Shown here: positions 1-8,182 of the stretch, piece by piece
Layout: each line of letters starts with the position of its first letter
How positions within the stretch are numbered: the first letter of the stretch is position 1
IMG/VR virus record: IMGVR_UViG_3300048599_000202
Span: 1 to 24,682 of that record
Direction: 5' to 3' (one strand)
Source: a virus
Lineage: Duplodnaviria > Caudoviricetes
DNA: 24,682 nt
Program-made: the position numbers and the translations under genes
Notes under the pieces: generated by a model
Told to the model about the DNA's origin: nothing
Databases searched by the model: none
Seen by the model: only the letters and a program-made list of their open reading frames with translations

Positions 1-445
1 CGACGAGCGTTGCGTTGTTGGTCGAGGCGGATGCCCCGACATCGCCGACCTTGTTGAACAGCCCGAAGTCGTCGACAAAGACCGCGCGCGCCAGCCGGTC
101 TTCGAGCGCGATGGAGCGGGAGCCGCCGGTGACGGTCGCAACCGCATCGGAGGCATCCTGCCCGCCAAGGCTTGTCAGCGGCGGTCGCGAAATGCCGGTG
201 CGATCGACCGAGTTGATTTCGAGCTCATAGGGCTCGCCGACATAGCGCGCGGCGGTGAACTTGCCATAGGAGGTGTTGTCGACAACGCGCTCCTGCAGGG
301 TCTGCGGATTCGCCACCGACTGTGTCAGCGCCTCATCGGCAAAGATGTCGGCAAGCAGGTTCGTGCCGGCGCGCAACACGCGCACCCCGGCCAGGCCGTA
401 GCCCGGCCGCCAGGTATCGAATTCGGCAATGCGAATGGCGGGCAT
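1..445 (-). CDS. Tailspike/tail fibre, N-terminal part (runs off the window)
   Basis: Absent from the ORF track; hand-translated from ATG at 445: MPAIRIAEFDTWRPGYGLAGVRVLRAGTNLLADIFADEALTQSVANPQTL...YGKF...SIALEDRLARAVFVDDFG...TNNATLV. An anchor-like domain is followed by 'L.DRL..V.VDDFG', typical of the start of beta-helix tailspikes. Confidence 0.75.
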   Translation of the reverse strand, partial: MPAIRIAEFDTWRPGYGLAGVRVLRAGTNLLADIFADEALTQSVANPQTLQERVVDNTSYGKFTAARYVGEPYELEINSVDRTGISRPPLTSLGGQDASDAVATVTGGSRSIALEDRLARAVFVDDFGLFNKVGDVGASASTNNATLV

Positions 446-446
446 G

Positions 447-788
447 TCAGCTCACGAGGTCTTTCAGGCGGGCGCGCAGCTTCTTCTTGGGCTTGGGCGC
501 CGGAATTGCAGGCTTTGGCTGGGGTAGCGGCACGGCCTTGTCCCATTCCGCCGGTCGCGGCTTCGGCCGCTCGCGGTTGCAGCCTGCGGTCACGGCGACC
601 GAAGTGTCATCGATCCAGGGCTGATCGAACTGCGTCTTGCCCTCGATCGCGTATTCCTGCTGCGGCAGCCGCTCGCAGAATTGCTCGACCGTGGCGAATT
701 CAATCTTGGGCGCCTTCGCACAGCCAAGAAGACTGATCGAAGCGCAGGCCGCGATCGCGACAAGACCGAGGCTTCGCCATCTCGGCAT
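447..788 (-). CDS. o-spanin (Rz1-like outer-membrane lipoprotein)
   Basis: MPRWRSLGLVAIAACASISLLG|C lipobox; Pro-rich mature part; starts inside the upstream i-spanin gene in another frame. Confidence 0.8.
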   Translation of the reverse strand: MPRWRSLGLVAIAACASISLLGCAKAPKIEFATVEQFCERLPQQEYAIEGKTQFDQPWIDDTSVAVTAGCNRERPKPRPAEWDKAVPLPQPKPAIPAPKPKKKLRARLKDLVS

Positions 789-951
789 CGAGCTTCTTGA
801 CAGCGGCCGCGTTCTTGGCGGCAACGTCGCGGATTGCGCGGTCATAGCCCGCCTCCTCGATCGAGTTGTGGATGTAGATGCCGCCGGCGATCAGAGCGGC
901 CGACAGCACCACGGCGCCTACGGCCTTCCAGAGCAATGGAATCGCGATCAT
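700..951 (-). CDS. i-spanin (Rz-like)
   Basis: ATGA overlap with the endolysin stop; single N-terminal TM segment (LLWKAVGAVVLSAALIAGGIYI), Ala-rich helix and two C-terminal Cys. Confidence 0.8.
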   Translation of the reverse strand: MIAIPLLWKAVGAVVLSAALIAGGIYIHNSIEEAGYDRAIRDVAAKNAAAVKKLDAEMAKPRSCRDRGLRFDQSSWLCEGAQD

Positions 952-1415
952 GCGGCGAGCCCTTCCCTGCAAAGCTTGCGCTCGACCTGACGTCGTCGGG
1001 TGAGGCCGGCAACCTCGCGGCCGCCAGCCTTGTTCCAGGCGAGCATGGCGTCGCAGGCCTTCGGCAGATCGTTGTCGTTGGCGTAGCGAGCGACGCTCGA
1101 CCCGCAGAAGGCTTTGACGCCGATGTTGTAGGTCAAGGACACGAAAGCGACCTGCACCTTGGGCGGAAGCCGCGTCCGAAGGCAGGCCAGCATGCCGGCC
1201 TCGTATTCGCGCAGTTCATCCAGTAGCCGCGCGTCGCATTCCGCCTTGGTAGCGGTGTCACCGATGGCGACGCCGCGCGTGGCGCCATAGCAGATGGTCG
1301 GCACCCCGACGACATCGAGATAGGCCTTGGTGCTCAGTCCCTCGAATTGCGAAACCAGCGCGATCAGCATCACCGCGAAGGCGCCGCCGCCGAGGATGCT
1401 GCCTCTTGCCCTCAT
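948..1415 (-). CDS. SAR-type endolysin, GH24 lysozyme
   Basis: Start at 1415 (ATGA overlap with holin stop); Gly/Ala-rich hydrophobic N-terminus; catalytic E-x8-D-x5-T (FEGLSTKAYLDVVGVPTICYG); YNIG; GLTRRRQVE. Confidence 0.95.
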   Translation of the reverse strand: MRARGSILGGGAFAVMLIALVSQFEGLSTKAYLDVVGVPTICYGATRGVAIGDTATKAECDARLLDELREYEAGMLACLRTRLPPKVQVAFVSLTYNIGVKAFCGSSVARYANDNDLPKACDAMLAWNKAGGREVAGLTRRRQVERKLCREGLAA

Positions 1416-1642
1416 TGGTCGGCCGCCTTGGTCAGCTTCGGTTGCACCACGACGCGGGCATAGGTGCCGAGCGCCGAAATCGAGAAGACCACGAGCGCCT
1501 TCACCCACGCCGGACCGGGGATGAATGCCGAGCCGAGCAGGCTTACCGCGAGCTCGAGGCCGCTCATGACCATGAGGAAGAGGAGCGCGCGAACACTCCA
1601 CGCGTGCGCGAGCACCGCGCGCCAGTTGCTGACGAGCTGCAT
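1412..1642 (-). CDS. Putative holin (2 TM segments)
   Basis: MQLVSNWRAVLAHAWSVR...; two hydrophobic segments; GAGG RBS; directly upstream of the endolysin. Confidence 0.75.
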   Translation of the reverse strand: MQLVSNWRAVLAHAWSVRALLFLMVMSGLELAVSLLGSAFIPGPAWVKALVVFSISALGTYARVVVQPKLTKAADQ

Positions 1643-1666
1643 GGCAGACCTCAATCTTTAGGTGGA

Positions 1667-2272
1667 TCAGGCGAAGGCGGCGTCGATCGCCTCGAAGGTC
1701 TTGGTGACCTCGGCATTGATTTCCGAGACCACCATCGCCTCGATCGCAAAGCACGCCTGCACATGCCGGCCGACAGCACGCGCGATCGCGGTCACGGCGG
1801 CGGCATCCAGATCGACGAAGCCGCCGTCCGCCTTGAACTTGATCGTGATCTCGGGGTTGTCCTGCACCATGGCGAACGCGCCATTGATGAGCGCCTGACT
1901 TTCCCGATCGGTGCGGATCAGGTTGCCGCCGACATCGAGGCCACCGACCTCCTTATCGTATCTCTTGCTGGCAGCGTGCGTGAGCAGCCGAGGCTTCAAG
2001 ACCTCCCATGAAATATCGGAGACCACGCCGTCACGATATTCCTGATAGCGCGGGTTCCATTCCGGCTCGGGCTCGTCCTGCAAGGCGACGATGCCGGCGT
2101 CGGCCAGCTCTTCCGTGGATGCGGTGCGAAGCCAGCCCTTAGAGCAATTGATTTCCTGCGCCTCGAAAGTGTCCTCTTGCCTCTCCTGGCGCGCCGGAAT
2201 GCGCACATTGGAGATGATGCTGATCTCGGCATCGGCGCCAACGATCAGGCCGTTCGATAGCTGGTAGCGCAT
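1667..2272 (-). CDS. DUF4376-like tail fibre assembly/accessory protein
   Basis: RYDKEVGG...IRTDRESQALI...FKADGGFVDLDA...HVQACFAIE pattern; follows the fibre gene. Confidence 0.8.
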   Translation of the reverse strand: MRYQLSNGLIVGADAEISIISNVRIPARQERQEDTFEAQEINCSKGWLRTASTEELADAGIVALQDEPEPEWNPRYQEYRDGVVSDISWEVLKPRLLTHAASKRYDKEVGGLDVGGNLIRTDRESQALINGAFAMVQDNPEITIKFKADGGFVDLDAAAVTAIARAVGRHVQACFAIEAMVVSEINAEVTKTFEAIDAAFA

Positions 2273-2284
2273 GGATGTCTCCGG

Positions 2285-4087
2285 TTAGGCAGCGCGTGCG
2301 TATTTGAACGCCGTGCCATAGGTCGCCGCCGAGACCGTGTTCGATCCGGATTGGTTGTAAGACGACGACGATGTGATGATCTTGATGCCGCCGGCGACCT
2401 TGCGGAAATGTGTTCCTTCGCTCGCGACGTTACCGTTAATTGTCACCGAATTGACGATGCCGTTCGCCCACACATAAGGGCCGTCTGCGTTCGCATTGCC
2501 GGTGAAGGTCGAAGGCAGGGCGACGGTCGTACTCGTGAGGTTCTGCGTGCAGAGCGCCTTGAAACCCGACGGTGCGGTGTAGGCGAATGGGCGCTGCCCG
2601 AAGTTCAATGACCCCACGGTCGAGGCAGAACCGTAATTACCGATGCCCACCACCCAATCGACGCCAGTCGTCTGCGTCTTTACTTGGCCTGTGCCGGACG
2701 CAGGTGCGCCTGAGTTGAACCATGTCCCTTGAGAGCCGATCCATAACTTTCCGCTATCGGCGTCATAGGCGCACATGAGCACATGACCAGCCGATAGCGC
2801 TGTATAGGTTGCTAGCGAAGCTGCGTTGTAGTTCCTAAGAAAGCCAAGATCGATAATGTAATTCCACCCGCCGTCGTTGATCTGATCCGGCATAAGCGCC
2901 TGATTGATCGCACCTGCGAGGCTCATCCCGACCGCCAGTCGTCCGCTCGTGTACGTAAGCTCAAAGTACCACTTACCCGTCCGAGGGATGGGGGTCGTCA
3001 TGTAATTTGTCCATAACGACGCCGGCCCCATGCTGAAATCTAGATTTCCGTTCAGCATGTAGTTCGCAGAGCCATTCAAGGGGTTCTGCGTCGGGTAATT
3101 CCCGCGAACCTCGCCGCCCGCTCCGGTGTCCGTTCCGTAATTCGTCGGAGTGTCGGTGAGGCTATCGTTGCCAGCGCCAGCGGTGACACTGAAATTTGTC
3201 AGCGTCCAGTCGTTCGATCCCGCTCCAGCTCCGGCCGCGCCCCCTGCATCGTCATAGCCGAGCGTGGTGGCGGAAGCATTATTTGCAAAGGAAAGCCAAA
3301 AGCCGTTGTTTCCATAACTTCCAGAATAACCGGTCGGGCTCCATTGACCGTTGAAGTCGGTCGCTGCAAAGGCAGAGGGCGCTAGCGACTGACCATCGAT
3401 GAAATGAACTTCCGCGATCATTCCACCAAAATAAAACCCGCCGTTATTTGCACCAATATAGTGCGTCACTGCCGTGTTGATGGTCCCAATATCGGCACCT
3501 TGCGCCGGAAACGAGGTCTGCGCGTCGAAGCTTATCTGCGTGTTGTTGATGTATAGACGAAGCCGATTCGAGGCTGTGGCTTGATCGGTATCGACGCGCA
3601 AAACCACATGCTGGAAAGCGGTAGGATCACGATGGATATACGATGTGCCTACGCGCAGGATCGAATAGCCGGCATCGAACACCGTCATGGTATCCGTAGC
3701 GCCAGCGCCGCTTGCGCCGCCATATCCGAACGCCCCGTTCGAAGTTGCAAATAATTGGGGGCTGTCGGCGCCTATTTCAGTGCGCTTGATCCAAAGGCTT
3801 ATCGTCCAGACATTGCTGTCAGTCGGAGTTCCGAACGTTCGACTTAGCCTGGCGCTGTCGGCTGAGTTGAACCGCAGCGACCGCGCGATCTGATAACCTC
3901 CCTGCGCCGGCGTCGAAAACCCGCCGACGAACGGAAAGAATGCGATCGGCAGCCCGCGATCGACACACTGGATCACGCGCTCCAGCCCCGCTTTGCCAAC
4001 CTTCGGCAGGCGCGCAGGCTCCTTCGGCAGCGCGACGACGAGCGCGAGCGCGCTGACACCGATTGCGAGTTTGCTTTTGAGCGTCAT
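2285..4087 (-). CDS. Fibre/receptor-binding protein with ConA/LamG-like and SPRY-like domains
   Basis: SLRFN...WTISLWIKR...HVVLRVDT...RLRLYIN...AEVHFIDG...YGNNGFWLSF (lectin-like); GKWYFE...AYDADSGKLWIG...LNFGQRPF..APSGFKALCT (SPRY-like). Confidence 0.8.
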   Translation of the reverse strand: MTLKSKLAIGVSALALVVALPKEPARLPKVGKAGLERVIQCVDRGLPIAFFPFVGGFSTPAQGGYQIARSLRFNSADSARLSRTFGTPTDSNVWTISLWIKRTEIGADSPQLFATSNGAFGYGGASGAGATDTMTVFDAGYSILRVGTSYIHRDPTAFQHVVLRVDTDQATASNRLRLYINNTQISFDAQTSFPAQGADIGTINTAVTHYIGANNGGFYFGGMIAEVHFIDGQSLAPSAFAATDFNGQWSPTGYSGSYGNNGFWLSFANNASATTLGYDDAGGAAGAGAGSNDWTLTNFSVTAGAGNDSLTDTPTNYGTDTGAGGEVRGNYPTQNPLNGSANYMLNGNLDFSMGPASLWTNYMTTPIPRTGKWYFELTYTSGRLAVGMSLAGAINQALMPDQINDGGWNYIIDLGFLRNYNAASLATYTALSAGHVLMCAYDADSGKLWIGSQGTWFNSGAPASGTGQVKTQTTGVDWVVGIGNYGSASTVGSLNFGQRPFAYTAPSGFKALCTQNLTSTTVALPSTFTGNANADGPYVWANGIVNSVTINGNVASEGTHFRKVAGGIKIITSSSSYNQSGSNTVSAATYGTAFKYARAA

Positions 4088-4090
4088 GGA

Positions 4091-4807
4091 TCAATTCGCG
4101 ATGTCGGGGTCGTAACCGGTCTTTTTCAGATAGGTACCGTCCGAGCGGAAGGTGATATTCGCTTCCTTGCCGGACGTGCTGGGCCAAGTGATGCCGGTAA
4201 TGCCCTTGAACAGATTTCCGAAGGAAATCGTGTGCGCAGAAGACCACACGACGGTGATCGAAACCGGGGTGCCAGCCGAAGGAACAGGCGATGGATTGGC
4301 TATCGTGAAGTTCGAGCCATTCACGGCGACCGTCAGGTCTTGAGCTACGTCGCCGTCCCACGCGGTGTTGTGGGTCAAAGCTACAGGAGTTGGCCGCTGC
4401 GATTTCGTGAAGGCCTGCTTCACATTCAGCTTCGCGGTGTTGGCGTCGTAGCCCTGCACCGAGCCGCCGATATCGGCGGCGCGCAGGAAGGTCGCATAAT
4501 CCGCGGCCGACACGATGAAGCGAACCTGCGCTGCGCCGGACAGCGTGAGCTTGGTCGTTCCCTCGGTGCCCCCGATGCAGGAAACCTCGACGGCGCGGGT
4601 CAGTGTCCGGCCGCTTAAAGTATAGGTGCCGTATCCGATCTCGAAGTCGTTGCCGTCGTCGATCCGATAGCGATAAGGAGTGGCGTCGACCGCGCCGGCC
4701 TGCACTTCCGTCAGAAATTTCGAAGAATAGGCGGCGCCGAGGGTCATGGTGCCTTGGCCCGTGGTGCTGGTCAGCACCCGGACGCTGTTGAGAGCTGCAA
4801 GGGACAT
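4091..4807 (-). CDS. Putative fibre-module structural protein
   Basis: N-terminal VRVLTSTTGQGTMTLGA and FEIGYGTY...TLTR; C-terminal beta-rich fibre-tip-like region; lies in the structural operon. Confidence 0.65.
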   Translation of the reverse strand: MSLAALNSVRVLTSTTGQGTMTLGAAYSSKFLTEVQAGAVDATPYRYRIDDGNDFEIGYGTYTLSGRTLTRAVEVSCIGGTEGTTKLTLSGAAQVRFIVSAADYATFLRAADIGGSVQGYDANTAKLNVKQAFTKSQRPTPVALTHNTAWDGDVAQDLTVAVNGSNFTIANPSPVPSAGTPVSITVVWSSAHTISFGNLFKGITGITWPSTSGKEANITFRSDGTYLKKTGYDPDIAN

Positions 4808-4819
4808 GGGCCGTCTCGC

Positions 4820-5398
4820 TTAGACAGGTTGCAGCCGAACGCGCACCGCGCGCGTGCGGACCGTCAGTTCTGGAACGGGGGCGCCGAGCACGAATTGCGC
4901 TGTGGTCGGCAGGATGACGTTGATGCCGGTCTGGATGGTCGGGGTTGGAAACCCGGCCACGAGATGACCGGAGACCGTGTAGTCCGCTTCACCGATGGCG
5001 AATTCCGCAACCGAGCCGAAGGTGGTCTCGACCACGGTTTCCGGTGGCGGAGGCAGCAGGATGTTGACGCCACACTGGATCGTCGGCGCCGGAAAGGCCG
5101 CGGCGAAAACCGCGCTCGGGACATTGATGACAAGGCCGGTCTCGACCGTCGGGAGCTCGAAGGTGAGATCGGTCGAAAGCGCCGGGACGATGATATTGGC
5201 GCCGGCAGCGATACCCGGGGTCGGGAACGCCATCGCCATCGCAACGATGGCATCCGGGAGCTCGATGTTCTTTCCCGACCCGATGCTACCAAGCGGAAAT
5301 GCGAGGGCCGCCGCGAGCGCCGGGACGATGATGTCGATGCTTTCGTCCTCGATCTCGCCGATCGAGAGCTCACCGACGCTCCAGGCCCCGATGCTCAT
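4820..5398 (-). CDS. Structural protein with about 21-aa internal repeats
   Basis: Repeats of the form I.VP.....AFP.P.I..G.N (five to six copies). Confidence 0.65.
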   Translation of the reverse strand: MSIGAWSVGELSIGEIEDESIDIIVPALAAALAFPLGSIGSGKNIELPDAIVAMAMAFPTPGIAAGANIIVPALSTDLTFELPTVETGLVINVPSAVFAAAFPAPTIQCGVNILLPPPPETVVETTFGSVAEFAIGEADYTVSGHLVAGFPTPTIQTGINVILPTTAQFVLGAPVPELTVRTRAVRVRLQPV

Positions 5399-5405
5399 GG
5401 CAGCG

Positions 5406-5855
5406 TTACGTCACCGTGACGGTGATGATGCCGTTGGCGTTCCAGGTGATGCGGAAGTTCGTGGTGACGCCCGCGGTCTGCACGCCGTCGAAATTGATGA
5501 ACACAAGCGGCGCGTCGCTCGCATGGGTGTCGTCGTAGACCAGCGCACCGTAAGCCGGGCCGATCGCCCCGCCGGTCGCCGTCACGATGACGTCGTCGCC
5601 GTCGAGCTTGGCGTCGTTGGTGGTCACCTGTGTGACCGCGACGTTGGCGATGGTCTCGCCCCCCGCGGTCCAGCCGTTGCCCGAGACTTCGGCGCCGCCG
5701 CCGACGCCGAGCACCTGCGCTTTGGTAGTGTGCGCGGCATCGAAGCCGGTCACCACCGCCTGGTTCACCAGGACAACCCTCAAGGTCGAGAAGGTGATCT
5801 CCTTGTTGAGCAGGAGCTTGGCGGTGTGATTATAGGGGGTAAATGTCACGGCCAT
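5406..5855 (-). CDS. Conserved phage structural protein (fibre-module base)
   Basis: EVSGNGWTAGG...ALVYDDT...LVFINFDG...FRITWNANGII motif pattern. Confidence 0.7.
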   Translation of the reverse strand: MAVTFTPYNHTAKLLLNKEITFSTLRVVLVNQAVVTGFDAAHTTKAQVLGVGGGAEVSGNGWTAGGETIANVAVTQVTTNDAKLDGDDVIVTATGGAIGPAYGALVYDDTHASDAPLVFINFDGVQTAGVTTNFRITWNANGIITVTVT

Positions 5856-5867
5856 CGGCGTTCGTCC

Positions 5868-6674
5868 TTACGATGGGATGCGGTGAAGTTTGATGGTGAC
5901 GGCGAGCTGCGCCAGCGTGAGGTCGCGGGGGTCCGGTGCCCGCAATTCGATCTCGTCGCTTTCCGCGAACTCGACATCGTCCGCCACGACAAAGGCGCCG
6001 TTGGTCCCGGCAGCCTCAAAGGTCAGCGTGCCGATCTGCGTCACGACGCCCGCAGCAGTACGCTTGTGCAGCGTGAAGACAGTCGGCGCGGTTGCCGCCA
6101 CGAGAGCGCGAGCGTAGGCGTTCGGCGCGGTGGCAAGGAGCTGCGCTGCTTCCGAGAAGATCGAGCGCCAGGCTTCCCCGCTTGCCGGCAGCGAAGGATC
6201 GTCGACCTCGAAATAGAGCGTGTCGCCCGCCCTCACCCGCAGCTCGACCTTGCCGGCCGCCTTGTCGGCCGCAAAGCTCGCGCCGGCGGCGAAGTCTTGG
6301 GTCGCGATGTAGATGGTGTGCGGCTCGTAAGGATCGCCGAGCGTGTCGTTCGTGTAATAGCGCGCACCGCTCGCCCAGATCCCGCGCCAGGTGCCGCGAG
6401 CGCCGATCGGTCCCGTGGTGTGCGAGGAGACGTTCGGGCCGACCACTTCGGCGATGACCGGCTCCTCCTGGTAGACCGGCGCGAAGAACTTGCCCTCGGA
6501 GTCGAGCGTCTGCGGGTTCGAGGCCGCGACCGAGCCGGTGGGATTCGCATAGAGCGTTGCAAGATTGCCGGTCGAGAGGCCCGTCGTCGGATTGACCGTG
6601 TAGAAGGTGACCTGCGCCGCGGCGTAGAGCGGATTGGCGAGCTGGAAATCGGGGATCGTGTTGCGAAAGGCCAT
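5868..6674 (-). CDS. Virion protein with tailspike head-binding-like N-terminal domain
   Basis: Start at 6674 (TGATG overlap); NPQTLDSEGKF motif shared with gene 1..445; WRGIWASGARY carbohydrate-binding-like motif. Confidence 0.7.
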   Translation of the reverse strand: MAFRNTIPDFQLANPLYAAAQVTFYTVNPTTGLSTGNLATLYANPTGSVAASNPQTLDSEGKFFAPVYQEEPVIAEVVGPNVSSHTTGPIGARGTWRGIWASGARYYTNDTLGDPYEPHTIYIATQDFAAGASFAADKAAGKVELRVRAGDTLYFEVDDPSLPASGEAWRSIFSEAAQLLATAPNAYARALVAATAPTVFTLHKRTAAGVVTQIGTLTFEAAGTNGAFVVADDVEFAESDEIELRAPDPRDLTLAQLAVTIKLHRIPS

Positions 6675-7411
6675 CACATTCCCCACGGGTCGCAGCACGG
6701 CGGCGTGTTCTCGTGCTCACGGTTCTCGAAGGCTTCGAGCGCCTTCTTCGCCGGCTCTTCTTCCTTGCGCCAGTTGTCGAGGCTCTGCTGGTTGATCTTC
6801 TTGATGGCGCCGCCGCCAAGGTCGATCGAGAGCTTCAGGATCAGCCAGCGCTGCCAGGCCTGCCGAAACTGATGCAGGACCGAAGCCGACGGCGTCGACC
6901 CGGTTACGCCGCCAGGCGCCACGTTGGGCGCATAGGTCTGCACCACGAGCTTGATGCGATAGACGCCTGGATCCTCGGCGGCCGGGACCGGATGGAAGCG
7001 CGCGGTCGGCGTCGGCATCCGGTCGATATGCACCTTGGTCGGCGCCCCGGTTTCGGTCGCCTCGAGCTGCTCGAACACGTCACGCGTGACAATGTCGATC
7101 GGGCTGCGCCGTCCTGCCTCGTCTTCCCACCAACATTCGTAGGGGAACTGCACCTTGTCGGGCGGAAGCTCGGCGCCCAGAGACTGATGCAGGTTGTAGG
7201 TGCCGGTGCCGTTGGTCAGCGCGAAGCCCACGGTCTGCGGTATCTGAGACCACAGCCTCATGGTACCGGCGGCCTCTGCCTGGATCAGGTCCAGCCAGAT
7301 CATGGCCTCGCGGAGCTGCTCGCCGTCCGCCGCCGAATCCGTGATCGCGAACGCTCCGATATTGCGGAGCGCCCGCTCGCAGATTTCCTTGGCGGTGAAG
7401 ACCTTGGACAT
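6674..7411 (-). CDS. Head-tail adaptor (P22 gp4-like position and motifs)
   Basis: TAKEICERALRNIG...LREAMIWLD...W N-terminus and C-terminal L...LSIDL; located downstream of the capsid genes. Confidence 0.7.
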   Translation of the reverse strand: MSKVFTAKEICERALRNIGAFAITDSAADGEQLREAMIWLDLIQAEAAGTMRLWSQIPQTVGFALTNGTGTYNLHQSLGAELPPDKVQFPYECWWEDEAGRRSPIDIVTRDVFEQLEATETGAPTKVHIDRMPTPTARFHPVPAAEDPGVYRIKLVVQTYAPNVAPGGVTGSTPSASVLHQFRQAWQRWLILKLSIDLGGGAIKKINQQSLDNWRKEEEPAKKALEAFENREHENTPPCCDPWGM

Positions 7412-7428
7412 CGGCGCCTACGCGGCAA

Positions 7429-8091
7429 TCAGGCCGCGTCGCTTTCGTCGTATTCCGGAACGAAATCGTCCGCGCCGATGTCGGCTTCCTTGGACTGGTT
7501 CGCCTTTCTGAGCTTGGCGAACGTGTCCTTGATGAAGTCGATCACCGCAGGGCGCTGTTCCGCCGTGATGCCGGCTGCGAACCTCTCCCCGCCCGGCAGC
7601 TCGAGTGCGCGCTGCAAGATCGCACTGGTAGTGAGCTCGTCGTAGCGGGCGATGGTCTCGTTATCGCCGAGCTTGAACTTCTCCCCGGCGCCCAGATCGT
7701 CAGGCTGGCGCGGTACGCGGCGATAGTTCACGACGCGGCCTTGCGCATCGCACAGCTTGAAGCTGTCGTGACGCAGGAACTTGGTCGCGACCGCGAGCGG
7801 CAGCGCAGTCGGCTTGCCATAGGTGAAGCTGAAGGTCTGCACGCCGCCATCGATGATCTGTTCGTGCGTGCGGCTTGGGTTCTCGGGCGCGGCCGAGGTA
7901 TCGAGCACGTAGTAGACCTTCGGCTCGGCGGGCTTGCTCGGCGCGGTCTCGCGCGCCACGCGGTCTTGGGCTTCCTTCGAGATCTGCGCGGCCTCCTTCT
8001 CGGCGGTCAGCGCTGCAATCTGTTCGGAGGTCTGAGCCGTATCGATCGTGTCGTCGATCTTTTCCGGAGCCTGCGATTGGGTATCGGACAT
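7429..8091 (-). CDS. Hypothetical protein (head-completion region)
   Basis: GAGG RBS before ATG at 8091 (MSDTQSQAPE); the longer track start crosses a terminator and another gene. Confidence 0.75.
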   Translation of the reverse strand: MSDTQSQAPEKIDDTIDTAQTSEQIAALTAEKEAAQISKEAQDRVARETAPSKPAEPKVYYVLDTSAAPENPSRTHEQIIDGGVQTFSFTYGKPTALPLAVATKFLRHDSFKLCDAQGRVVNYRRVPRQPDDLGAGEKFKLGDNETIARYDELTTSAILQRALELPGGERFAAGITAEQRPAVIDFIKDTFAKLRKANQSKEADIGADDFVPEYDESDAA

Positions 8092-8123
8092 CGCGTCCTC
8101 TGTGGTTGGTGGCGGGATCGGCG

Positions 8124-8157
8124 AAAGTAAAAAGCCGGCCCTTTGAGGGGGCCGGCT
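8124..8157 (-). terminator. Rho-independent terminator
   Basis: AGCCGGCCC-7nt-GGGCCGGCT followed by TTTTACTTT. Confidence 0.8.
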
Positions 8158-8182
8158 CCGTCTCAGGGAGAGCCCGCGGCGG

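Noticed and set aside
948-1754. 268-aa extended endolysin from the ORF track
   Set aside because: The extension overlaps the holin and DUF4376-like genes; the ATGA-coupled start at 1415 gives a canonical SAR lysozyme.
2285-4087. Diversity-generating retroelement or invertible cassette acting on the fibre
   Set aside because: No reverse transcriptase, invertase or TR/VR duplicate seen in the window.
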